A stretch of DNA of 63,971 bases, counting the filler, from Welwitschia mirabilis (taxonomy: Eukaryota): assembly GCA_051453625.1 (NCBI GenBank). It is 4 parts of one record of this genome, joined end to end, with 100 filler letters (N's around TTAATTAATTAA, not from the genome) between each part and the next. Parts side by side here need not be neighbours in the genome. Positions count along the whole stretch, not along the records: positions 14,000 to 41,156 come from JBOZIK010000001.1; positions 41,257 to 59,857 come from JBOZIK010000001.1; 2 more parts are not named here. One strand, written 5' to 3'. Made by a program: the position numbers and the translations under genes. Every line of letters begins with the position of its first letter. Position 1 is the first letter of the stretch. A model generated the notes under the pieces. The model had not been told where the DNA came from. It searched no databases and saw nothing but the letters and a program-made list of their open reading frames with translations. Shown here one piece after another: positions 38,331 to 50,265 of the stretch.

Positions 38331-38871
38331 TAAGTTATATTTTTGTTCGTTGAAATTTATTTTTAATTATTTATTAACTATTGTAAAAATATTAACTGCT
38401 AGAATTCATTTTTAATTATATCATGTAATACAAGTTTGGTACGTTTTCATAAAATAATATCTATTATTAAACTAAAGTTACTTAATAAAATGGGGCATTA
38501 CACTATAGCTAAATAAACAAACTTAGCATAAACTTGTATGACCATCCATTTTGAGCTTGCCATGAGGAATATGCCTTAATTTCAATTTTAGTCACATGTA
38601 AGGTGTATAAAATAATGTTTTCTTTATTTTTTACCAACTATCTAATAGAAAACATTTATTTATTATAATTTCAGTGAAATAAGTAGCTTTATACAATTTT
38701 CATAATAAAGACAAGAATTACTAACAATATTAAAACTTTGATTTTTTTCAACTTACTTATAATGAGAAAGCTAAATTAAACCTACAAGGTTTGCCATTTA
38801 AAACCGATGTAATCATTAAATAAAGTATGATTCAAAATTAATGATCTATTTATTTATTCTAGTTTAATAAT

Positions 38872-39459
38872 ATTATTAAATATCTCCCATTATAAGAGTA
38901 AAGTAGTGCTCCCATGACTTTCTAGTTGTGAGTGAGTTTCTCAATAAACTCTTTTAACACAAAAATCCTTAATTCATTAGAAGAGATAGCTTCTTATATA
39001 GTACTTTCAAAACTTACTATTATTAAATGTCTCCCATTACAAGAGTAAGGTAGTGCTCCCATGACTTTTTGGTTGTGAGTGAGTTTCTCAACAAAGTCTT
39101 TTAACACAAAAATCCTTAATCCATTAGAAGAGATAGCTTCTTGTATGGTACTTTTAAAACTTACCATTATTAAATGTCTCCCATTATAAGAGTAACGTAG
39201 TACTCCCATGACTTTCTAATTGTGAGTGAGTTACTCAATAAAGTCTTTTAACATAAAAATCCTTAATCCATTAGAAGAGGTAGCTTCTTGTATGGTACTT
39301 TTAAAACTTACTATTACTAAATGTCTTCCATTATAAGAGTAAAGTAGTGCTCCCATGACTTTTTGGTTGTGAGTCAGCTTCTCCACAAAGTCTTTTAATA
39401 CAAAAACCCTTAATCCATTAGAAAAGGTAGCTTCTTGTATGGTACTTTCAAAACTTACT
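38872..39459. repeat. Tandem repeat, 4 x 147 bp
   Basis: CTCCCATT-type anchor at 38884, 39031, 39178, 39325 (exact 147-bp period). Confidence 0.95.
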
Positions 39460-39560
39460 TTAAAGAATAATTAAAATCTTTGGCAGTCTCATTAGTCATT
39501 TGCAAATGTTTGCAGATTTGACTTTATTAATCTTACTATAAAACTTCTTATGTAAGTAAC

Positions 39561-40913
39561 TATTGCGATGCCAATTTGTATGAATTTGATGGTGTATTTT
39601 AAGTGCTTTTGTAGGACATTTATACAAGTTTAAATGCAACACTGATGATTATGGAGATCTGACAGGATAATAATTAAAACATGTAATTCTTAGCACATTT
39701 AGAGGTTTCTCAGGCTTATTCTGACACTGCATACTTGGAATAAGGATTCACCATGTAGAAGACTAATTACCTTTAATATTAGAAATAAGAAAGACTATCG
39801 TCCCCTCTATTGTCCTCATAATAGATAGGACGATAGCACTACTAGCATGAATAGAAGCTGTGGGGTTAACAATGGGGCATGAAGCTAATGAAGTACTTTT
39901 TGATGTAGAGTGATATCCCCTCTGTTGTCCCCATGACAATCATGACGACAGCTATTTTTCTATGGTTAGAAAGAATTATCTTTGTAATGGGGTTAAGCAA
40001 CTCATTTGGATTGTTAGGTTTCTTTTCTAGTTTCTAGGATTGAGCTTCTAGAACTTCAATGTAAAACTATGAATACCCTTCCCCTCCTTTATTTTTGTTT
40101 TCATCTTTTATATCAGATATGCTTGTGATAGAAGATTAAAGGACAAGAGATCCATCTAGTAGATACAGAAAGGAGTTCTCTTAGTGTTAGGATGAGTCTC
40201 TTCTATTAAGGTACTACTAGTTTGTTATAAGTGGATGTAAAGTTCTTTAAATCAATACAATTACTCTTTTCATTCCAATTCTATTTATGTCCCATATGAT
40301 TTAAATTGGTTATAGTTTAAGTGATGATTCTACAATTTATTTAGATCATAGGGGAAACCTTTGTTAAGGTTGACTTTGGTTAGTTTAGATTTGCATTGTT
40401 ATTCCATTTCCATTNNNNNNNNNNNNNNNNNNNNNNNNNNNNNNNNNNNNNNNNNNNNNNNNNNNNNNNNNNNNNNNNNNNNNNNNNNNNNNNNNNNNNN
40501 NNNNNNNNNNNNTTAGTTCTTGTAACAGTAGGATTAAGATTGAATAGAATTCATTCCACTTCCATTTGCATTTCATTTCCATTTACTTTACATTGCATTT
40601 TTAGTTTGTTATTTTCTTTTAATTATTAAAAGATAAAAAGGCTAAAAATACATTTGGAAATCAATTCTCTAACTCTGAGCTTAGTGCCTTCATTGGGATT
40701 ATGACATTTGAGTGAACTCCCATCTATACTAGCATGTATTTTTCTACAAGTTATTTAATTTANNNNNNNNNNNNNNNNNNNNNNNNNNNNNNNNNNNNNN
40801 NNNNNNNNNNNNNNNNNNNNNNNNNNNNNNNNNNNNNNNNNNNNNNNNNNNNNNNNNNNNNNTTTATAGGTTTACCTAAAGGACTTCAGGATTGCATAAA
40901 TTCACACCACAGC
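39561..40913 (+). repeat. 5' LTR
   Basis: Homologous to 49227-50265 at both ends. Confidence 0.88.
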
Positions 40914-41156
40914 ATTTTGGCATTGTTGTTTAAAAAGGTTATAAGGAGCTGGAGAATTGTCACTAACTGGATAAGTACCTCAAATTTTCTATTTAGGTTA
41001 TTTATTTGAATTAGTGTTGTATTTTAGCAGAACTTAGAATAAGTTTCTTTCAGCAAAATTTTGTTTTCTATAGTTTTTAGGAACCATATCATCCTCTCTG
41101 TCATCCCAATGATATTGGGCACGCTAGTTCTGCAACTTCGAAATTAATTTCTGCTT

Positions 41157-41256
41157 NNNNNNNNNNNNNNNNNNNNNNNNNNNNNNNNNNNNNNNNNNNN
41201 TTAATTAATTAANNNNNNNNNNNNNNNNNNNNNNNNNNNNNNNNNNNNNNNNNNNN
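41157..41256. other. Synthetic assembly spacer
   Basis: 44N-TTAATTAATTAA-44N; most of gag is missing here. Confidence 0.95.
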
Positions 41257-44200
41257 ACTTAGTGAATGTGCTCAAAAAAACAATGCTTACTAATTAAAGA
41301 CCATAAGGGTCTCTTGCATCTCAACCTTTACCCAACTCAAATGAAGTTAATAAAGATTTGAAGATAGTAACACAGAGTGGAAATGATACAACACCTTTTA
41401 CCCATGAGGTTCTAACTTCTAAAAATAATGAAATGAATGAAGAGGATGATGTAAAAATTTTTTACTCATATAACGATTCATTAATATCACCTACTAAAGC
41501 CTTCACTAAAAATGCCTTCCTAGAAATCAAAGGGAAGAAACCATCCACTCCTTAACTTGATCGATTGAATACAAATCCTACCTTTGATGAACACTTAAAA
41601 AATTTGATGCAATAGGTTAACATCAACTTGCGTTTTTGGAAACTATTGCAAGAAAATCTTAAATATTCTAAGTTGTAGAAGGACTAGTAAGAAGAAAGAA
41701 AAAACTTATCATTCCTAGCAAAGTTTTTCTTGCTAAATCTCTTTCCAACTTAGTCATGAAAAAGGGTCCTAAATTTAAAGACACTGGAGCTACAACTATG
41801 AGTGTTATATTAAAAGAAAACAAAAGAATTCGAAAAGCTTTAATTAATATAGGAGCAAATGTAAACATCATGCCTCTCCACATATGTAAGAGACTTGGGT
41901 TGGAAAACAGAATAGAACTTACATGAATTATCTTAGAATTGGCTGATACCTCAATCAAGAACCATTATGAATTATCAAGGACTTATTTATCCAAATTAAA
42001 GAAGCTTTTTACCCCATAGATGTTGTCATTATTAAGATAGAACATGATGGAGGTTATCCACTTCTCTTAGGAAGAGCCTTTTGTGCAACTGCCCATTGTA
42101 TTATTGACATACATCCAGGATGATGAGATGTCATTTTAGCAACATATAGTTTACCATTAGAGTTTTTGATGCTACTGAAAAAGACATAGGTACTGAGTTT
42201 AACCTTGAAGATGAACNNNNNNNNNNNNNNNNNNNNNNNNNNNNNNNNNNNNNNNNNNNNNNNNNNNNNNNNNNNNNNNNNNNNNNNNNNNNNNNNNNNN
42301 NNNNNNNNNNNNNNNNTGATGCTACTGAAAAAGACATAGGTACTGAGTCTAACCTTGAAGATGAACTAAAACCAACCTTGTTTTTATAACATCAACCAAT
42401 TGAGGAGAGATTAATCATGCTACATGAATCAACTTTATATGATAATCCCACTAAAACACATTATCTTAAGTCTGAAGATGAAAAACAGACTAACTGGGAA
42501 GAAACTCAATATTTTTACTTGATAGAAAAATGTTTTGTAGAGTGTCATCCCATCTTTGTCGTTCCCATGACAAACAGGACGACAACTCAAATTATCAGCC
42601 TTGAACTTAAGAAATTATCCCAAGATCTCAAATATATTTTTCTATCAGAAAATTAAATGAAACCCCTAATAATCAATGACCTTCTTAGTCCTTAGCAAGA
42701 ATCGAACTTGATTTCACTTTTAAATTTGAAAGAAAATGCCTTTGCTTGGACACATAAATACTTAGCCGCCATTCCTCTTTCCATAGTTTAACACAAGATT
42801 TACCTTGAAGATAAGCTAAACCTATTAGGCAGCCCCAAAGAAGATTTAATTCGGCCCTTAAGTAAATCATTAAAGATAAAACTATTAAACTTATGGATGT
42901 CAGAATCATATATACCATATCCGATAGTGAGGGGATTAATCCTTTAATAGTAGTTCTAAAGAAGGAGAGAAAATGGAGAATATGCATCGATTTTAGAAAA
43001 CTTAATGAGGTCACTAAAAAGGATCATTTCCCTTTACCCTTTCTTGATCAAGTACTTGACAGAATCCAAGGTTATACCTACTATTATTTTCTTGATAAGT
43101 GTAGTAGTTATAATCAAATTTGTATAGTAAGTGAAGACCAATCTAAAACCACTTTTAGCTCATCCTTTAGAACCTTTGCTTTTAGATGAATGCCCTTTAG
43201 ACTTTAAAACACCCCTGAAACCTTTTAATGAGTCATGATAAGGATCTTTGTTGACATGTTAGAGGATTCCATTGAAATATTTATGGATGACTTCTCCATA
43301 TTTGGTGATACTTTTAAATAAACTATAGAGAGATTATAGAAAGTCCTAGATCAATGTATTGAGAGTGGCTTACATTTGAGTTGGGAAAATAGTTTTCTCC
43401 TTGTCAATCATGGAATTGTCTTAGGTCATCACATTTCAAAAGAAGGGATTAGGATGAACTCCACAAAAGTTGATATATTAAAAAACTTAGCCCTCCAACT
43501 AATATCAAACAAGTTAGATCTTTTCTTAGTCATGATAGTTTCTATCAATATTTTATTCATGATTATGCCAAAATTTATGAATCTTCTCACTCTTTACTTA
43601 AAAAAGATGTTAAATTCACTTAGAATGATTCATGCCAAATTGTATTTGAAATTCTCAAAGAAAACATTTCTTCTAAACCTATTGTCATGGGTCCCAATTA
43701 GAGTAAAGATTTTGAACTTATGTATGAAGCAAGCAACATTGCTGTAGGAGGGGTTCTTAGTCAAAAGTATGAAAATGGTCTTAAAATCATATCTTATCTT
43801 AGTAAAAATTTGTCCCAAGCCCAATCCAACTTGCTTTTGAAACTCTTAAAAAAAACATTTCTTCTAAACCTATTTTCATGGGTCCCGATTGGAGTAAAGA
43901 TTTTGAGCTTATGTGTGATGCAAGCAACATTGTTTTGGAGGGGGTTCTTGGTTAAAAGTATGAAAATGGTTTTAAAGTTATATCTTATCTTAGTAGAACT
44001 TTGTTCTAAGCCAAATCCAACTACACTACTACTGAGAAAGAAATGCTTGCCATCATCTTTTGCCTAGATCATCTTCGACATTATCTTATTAGCTTTCACA
44101 TCAATGTTTACATAGATCATGCAATCATTTGCTATCTTATGTCAAGACTCTAGTGTTAGATGTATTAGGTGGATTCTTCTCATGTAAGAATTACCATCAT

Positions 44201-45577
44201 TGATAAGACTAAAAAACATAATAGTGTTATCGACTATCTATCTCAACTTTCTTACTCTTATGATGAACTTCCCATAAATGACTCTTTTCCAGANNNNNNN
44301 NNNNNNNNNNNNNNNNNNNNNNNNNNNNNNNNNNNNNNNNNNNNNNNNNNNNNNNNNNNNNNNNNNNNNNNNNNNNNNNNNNNNNNNNNNNNNATGAGTG
44401 GAATGAAACCCATCTTTATAGAAGTTGCAAAACGTAAGTGTGTACCTAAGTGGGAAAGTTAAAAATCCTAAAACTTTATCATGATGGGGTACGTGGGAGA
44501 TACTTTAATGGCCAAAAGACCATCATGAAAATTTTGCACTTAGGTTTTTATTGGCCTACTCTTTTTAAGGATTCATTTGACTTTTCTAGAAGGTGTGATG
44601 CATTTCAACATTATAGTATCCTAACTCATTCTAAACCTTTTAATTTTTAGGGAATTAACTTTGTAGACCTGATTACACCACCTTCTCTTGATAAAAATTA
44701 TACCCTTGTAATAGTTGATTATGTTACTAAGTGGGTAGAAGTTGTTTCTACTAGCAAAAATGATGCCTGAACCATTTGCAATTTTGTTCAAACTCACATC
44801 TTTCAATGTTTTAGTTTTCCATGAATTATCATTAGTGATCAGAGAACTCATTTCATTAATCATCTTTTTCGAAAACTCCTTTTGCCTATTGGTATTGAAT
44901 ATAGAATTGCATGTGCTTATAATCCTCAAACTAATGGTCAAGCCAAAAATGCAAATAGAGAAATCAAAAAGTGCTTCAGAAATTAGTATTTGTTAATAGA
45001 AAAACGTGGTCCTCTAAACTTAATGATGTTCTTTGGGCTTACTGTAATACTTGGTATAACTCTCTAGATTTCTAACCATATGAACTTGTGTATGGAAAAG
45101 TTTGTGTTTTACTAGTTGATGTTTGTTATAATTCTTATTGATCCACCCATTAGCTTAACCTTGTAGACTTGAATGATAACCCTAAAACTCTATTAGTCAA
45201 ACTTAATCATTAGATGAAAAACATACTTATGCTTTACATCGTTAACTCATTCATAAAGCTAAAGCCAAGTTCAAACATAATAAAAAGATTATTCATAAGC
45301 AGTTTGAACCTGGTCAACTTGTCCTTCTGTAGAACACCTGAGTACACCTTTTGCATAACAAGTTAACTTCTAAATGATTAGGTCCTTATATTATTAAAAA
45401 AGTACATTCAAATGGCTCAGTTAAAATCTTTGATCTAAGCACTAGAGAAATTCAAAAAGTTAATAAACAAAGGTTAAAAATTTAATAGTTATCTTCTGAT
45501 AAAACTTTAAATATGATAGAGGCATTTGTTTTGGAAGCCCCTCTCAATGAGGAGAACCTTCCTCTTACTATTATCTA
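41257..45577 (+). pseudogene. Gag C-terminus, protease, RT, RNase H, integrase (Athila-type pol), many stops and frameshifts
   Basis: ALINIGANVNIM (PR), WRICIDFRKLNEVTKKDHFPLPFLDQ and EIFMDDFSIFG (RT), FELMCDAS (RH), GFYWPTLFKD..C, VDYVTKWVE, IISDQ, PQTNGQA, LGPY (INT). Confidence 0.92.
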
Positions 45578-46166
45578 AATTCCTTCTTAATTCATTCCTT
45601 AAGTAAACATCATGTTATCACTTAAATATTTTTATCTTAACATTATGTATTTACTTATGAAGTTTTCACCAATATTCTACTTAGGCATTTAGATGATAAG
45701 ATTGGATTCATCCAATCTTTAGACATCCATATGTCTATGAACTTCATTTTGAAGAAAGATGCCTTAATGCTTTTGTTCTCTTTTAATGATGTGAATAAGT
45801 AGTCATTTTTTCATGTTCTTACTTTATTACTTATCTTATTACTTCATTTTTATCCTTACAAGTACTTGGTCATGTGAAATGTTAGCTATTAAAAAAAAAA
45901 AGAAGAAAGAAAGAAAGAAAGAAAGAGAAAAGAAAGAGAAAAGAAATAAAGACCATTCTCTTTCATGTTATATCTCAAAAACATGATCACCATGATATCC
46001 TACTGCAAGCGCACCAAGGCAAATTTTCTCGAGAGGGGCCTTTAGTAGTGTGATATAGTAGCTGTGAGAACTCCACTGGAGGGGTCAGGTGGCCATGTTG
46101 TGTGGGTCCTTACTCCTCTGACAATGGTTGCACTCCCCTCATCATGGTAGAATAAATTTTACTTCG

Positions 46167-49100
46167 AGGCTACGAGGTTAGTGATATCCCTACTGTCATC
46201 AAAGGCATTACTTATTTTCTAGAATTATTTTATTTATTTATTTATTTATTTATAGTACTTTCACATGATCACTCCACTTTTTTGGATTCCAGTGTTGTTT
46301 TGATATGGTAGCTTGTAAGTTCCTGTTTTAACAGATCTTTATTTATCATTCATTGTTTATAAACATTAGACATCCTTGACATCATCATAATCATTACCTA
46401 TTCGAGTGGTGCTGTATAATTTTTTACATACTGTCATGCATCTTTCATCAAGTGATTTTATAATTGTTGCAAAGGGAATTTGTTAGGTTAGAATTTAGGG
46501 TAAGCAAGCAATCTTCTTTATGTTCCTAATTGTCCATTTTTATTTTGTTTTTCTTTAGCCATTTTGTTAGATTTTTCAAAGTCATTTCCCATAATTTTTT
46601 AGCATACTATTGTGGATCTAAGTATTTCTTAGTTTTTTGTTAATGTGTTTTCCTAGTTCTATAGAGGATCATCGTTCTCTTTTTGATAGGTTTTATGATC
46701 TGATAAGTTCTAGTTTTTCCTTGAGTTCGAGCATATTTGAGAAGTCTTTAAGCATTGCGTCTTTATACTTAGTGCATTTTCTTCTATTTTCACGCTTTTC
46801 TCCATGAGTTCCTCTCCACCATGGGCATGTTTTTTGGGCTATTTCTTTACTTTCTACCTTCTTTCTACTTTTTTTGCTATTTATGTTGTGTATGGTTGCT
46901 TTCAGAATTTTTTTGGTTTGTCTTTTCTCTCAAAATAGCTTATTTGATCACTGTCATCCCATGTCTGTCATCCCCATGACAGATGGGACAATACTCATCC
47001 TTTACCTTTGGTGCAATTTGAAATGTCTTACTTATCCTTGAGGGTGGAGGAGGGGATGACACTTTTCTCAGATTTCATCTATGATTTTCAGCAAAAATTT
47101 TAAATTTAAAAGGATCATATTTTGATCTTTCATGTTACATATCTATGATGAGTTATTTAGATTATATTTCATATTAATTGAATAAAATTCATAGACTTTA
47201 TCTTGTAACAGTACATTAGCACTCTCACAGAGTTTCATTGTAGCTATGTTTTAGATCATCTAAAAAGAATGCTATATCTACTCTTGTCCTTTACCCTTAT
47301 GGATTACATTAATAAACTTAAATGCATCACTTATCTGAAATCAGCACTACTTAAGATTGTAACATTAGTCCATTTTCACTAGTTTGCATACACATTATCA
47401 TTCTCTATGCTATCGATGTTATATTTTATGATTTTTGTATGTACGTATATGCCATTCATTTATTATATGGTGACATGATTAAGTAGGGGGATTAGGAATA
47501 TTTTAGTATTTGTATCAGTTGATTGATTTTTTATATATATTCATGCATGATTAAAGTGAACTTAATTTATATTTTGTCGAAGTGATGTCTTATCTTAGTC
47601 TAATTGGCTCATAATGTAGTTGATCACTTATTTTGTTAGGAACTGANNNNNNNNNNNNNNNNNNNNNNNNNNNNNNNNNNNNNNNNNNNNNNNNNNNNNN
47701 NNNNNNNNNNNNNNNNNNNNNNNNNNNNNNNNNNNNNNNNNNNNNNAGGCTATGAGATCAATGGTGTCCCTGGTATCATTAGAGGCATTGCTTGTTTTCT
47801 AGACTCATTTTATTTATTGATTTATAGTACTTCCACATTATCACTCTACTTTTCAGATTCTAGTATTGTTTTGATATGGTGGCTTGTAAGTTCATGTTTT
47901 AATAGTTTTTTATCTTATTATTTATTGTTTGATAAAATTAGACATACTTAACATTGTCAAAATCATTGCCTAATTGAATGGTACTTTATAGTTTCTACAT
48001 ACTATTATGCCTCTTTCATCAAGTGATTTTATGATTATTGCCAAGGAAATTTGTTAGGTTAGAATATAGGGTAAGTAAGCAATCTTCTTTATATTCCTAG
48101 TTTTCCATTTTCATTTTGTTTTTCTTTAGTTATTTTGTTGGATTTTTCAGAGTCATTTCCCATACTTTTTCAACATAATATTATGGATCTAACCATTTTC
48201 TAATTTTTTGTTGAGATGTTTTCCTAGTTTATATAAAGGATTGTTGTTCTCTTCTTAATAGTTTCCTGTGATCTGTTACGTTCTGGTTCTTTTTTTTTTT
48301 ATTTTGAGAACATTTGTGGAGCCTGTGAGCATTGTTTTTTTCTACTTAGTGCATTTTCTTCTATTTTTACACTTTCCTCCATGCATCCCTCTCCACCATG
48401 GGCATTTTTTTCAGGCTAATTTTTTCAATTCCTACCTTCTTTTTATTTCTTTCTTTTTTTTTTTTCTGTTGTTTTTCATGTGTTTGCTTGTTTACCAAAT
48501 TTTTCAAGTTTTCCTCTTCAAATAGCTTATTTGATCACTGTCATCCCATCATGACAGACGGGACGATACTCATCCTTTACCTTTGGTGCAATTCAGGATG
48601 ACTTATTTCTCCTATGAAGGGGTAGGACATATTTCTAGACTTTATTCTATGATTTTGAGCATAAATTTTTAAAGTTAAACAGGATCATCTTTTGAGCTTT
48701 CACGTTACATATATAGGATGAGTTATTTGGACTAATGTTCATGTTAATTGAATAAATTCATGAACTTTAAGTTACAGGAGTATAGTAGCATACTCATAGA
48801 GTTTTCTTGTAGCTATGTTTTAGATCATCTAAAAAGAATGTAATATCTACTTCTGTCCTTTGCCCTTATGGATTACATTAATGAACTTAAATGCATCATT
48901 CTTTCGAAATTAGCACTACTTAAATCTGTCACATCAGTACATTATCACTATTTTGTAATATGCATATACATTATCATTCTCTGAGCTATTAATGTTACAT
49001 GTTATGATTTTTATATGTGTATGACATTCATTTATTCTATGGTGACATACTTAAGTAGGGGACTTAGGGATATTTTCAGTATTTGTATTACTTAACCTGT

Positions 49101-49205
49101 TTGTGATATGTATTTTACATGATTTAATTGAACTCAATTTACTGCTATTTTATCATAGTCAAATTGGCTCGTAATATAGTTGATTGCTCACTTTGTCAAG
49201 GACTG
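46167..49205 (+). repeat. Diverged ~1.5-kb direct duplication of the element's 3' noncoding region (46167-47646 / 47747-49205)
   Basis: Colinear throughout, e.g. AAATAGCTTATTTGATCACTGTCATCCC and GATCATCTAAAAAGAATG present twice; copies separated by 100 N. Confidence 0.85.
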
Positions 49206-49226
49206 ATAAGGATAAGTAGGACGCTA

Positions 49227-50265
49227 TATTGCGATGCCAATTTGTAGGAATTTGATGGTGTATTTTGAGTGCTTTTACAAGACATTTAGACAGGTTTGGA
49301 TGTAATACTGATGATTATAGAGATTTGATAGGATGATTATTGCAACATACAGTTCTTAGCATATTTGGAGGTTTCTCAGGCTTANNNNNNNNNNNNNNNN
49401 NNNNNNNNNNNNNNNNNNNNNNNNNNNNNNNNNNNNNNNNNNNNNNNNNNNNNNNNNNNNNNNNNNNNNNNNNNNNNNNNNNNNNNNNNNNNNNNNNNNN
49501 NNNNNNNNNNNNNNNNNNNNNNNNNNNNNNNNNNNNNNNNNNNNNNNNNNNNNNNNNNNNNNNNNNNNNNNNNNNNNNNNNNNNNNNNNNNNNNNNNNNN
49601 NNNNNNNNNNNNNNNNNNNNNNNNNNNNNNNNNNNNNNNNNNNNNNNNNNNNNNNNNNNNNNNNNNNNNNNNNNNNNNNNNNNNNNNNNNNNNNNNNNNN
49701 NNNNNNNNNNNNNNNNNNNNNNNNNNNNNNNNNNNNNNNNNNNNNNNNNNNNNNNNNNNNNNNNNNNNNNNNNNNNNNNNNNNNNNNNNNNNNNNNNNNN
49801 NNNNNNNNNNNNNNNNNNNNNNNNNNNNNNNNNNNNNNNNNNNNNNNNNNNNNNNNNNNNNNNNNNNNNNNNNNNNNNNNNNNNNNNNNNNNNNNNNNNN
49901 NNNNNNNNNNNNNNNNNNNNNNNNNNNNNNNNNNNNNNNNNNNNNNNNNNNNNNNNNNNNNNNNNNNNNNNNNNNNNNNNNNNNNNNNNNNNNNNNNNNN
50001 NNNNNNNNNNNNNNNNNNNNNNNNNNNNNNNNNNNNNNNNNNNNNNNNNNNNNNNNNNNNNNNNNNNNNNNNNNNNNNNNNNNNNNNNNNNNNNNNNNNN
50101 NNNNNNNNNNNNNNNNNNNNNNNNNNNNNNNNNNNNNNNNNNNNNNNNNNNGAGTATGACATTTGGGTGAACTCTCTTCTATATTAGTATGTGTTTTTCT
50201 GCAAGTTATTTAGTTTACAGGCTTACCTGAAGGACTTTAGGATTGCATAAATTCACACCGCAATA
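49227..50265 (+). repeat. 3' LTR (mostly gap)
   Basis: TATTGCGATG...CACCGCAATA, followed by TSD GTAAC. Confidence 0.88.

Larger units (their letters stand above)
39561..50265 (+). mobile_element. Near full-length degenerate Athila-like Ty3/Gypsy LTR retrotransposon
   Basis: LTRs 39561-40913 and 49227-50265 both start TATTGCGATGCC; 5-bp TSD GTAAC at 39556-39560 and 50266-50270; decayed Asp-type PBS after 40913; pol in between. Confidence 0.92.

Noticed and set aside
38872-39459. CRISPR-like array
   Set aside because: Whole 147-bp units repeat with no unique spacers; no cas genes; eukaryotic context
45990-46150. snRNA, 5S rRNA or hammerhead ribozyme
   Set aside because: No convincing match to remembered U1, U2, U4 or 5S sequences and no CTGATGA...GAAA core; kept only as an unassigned conserved island
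48268-48601. Hydrophobic Phe/Leu-rich ORFs as membrane or env proteins (also 24802-24999)
   Set aside because: Arise from T-rich noncoding retroelement sequence; no recognisable protein motif
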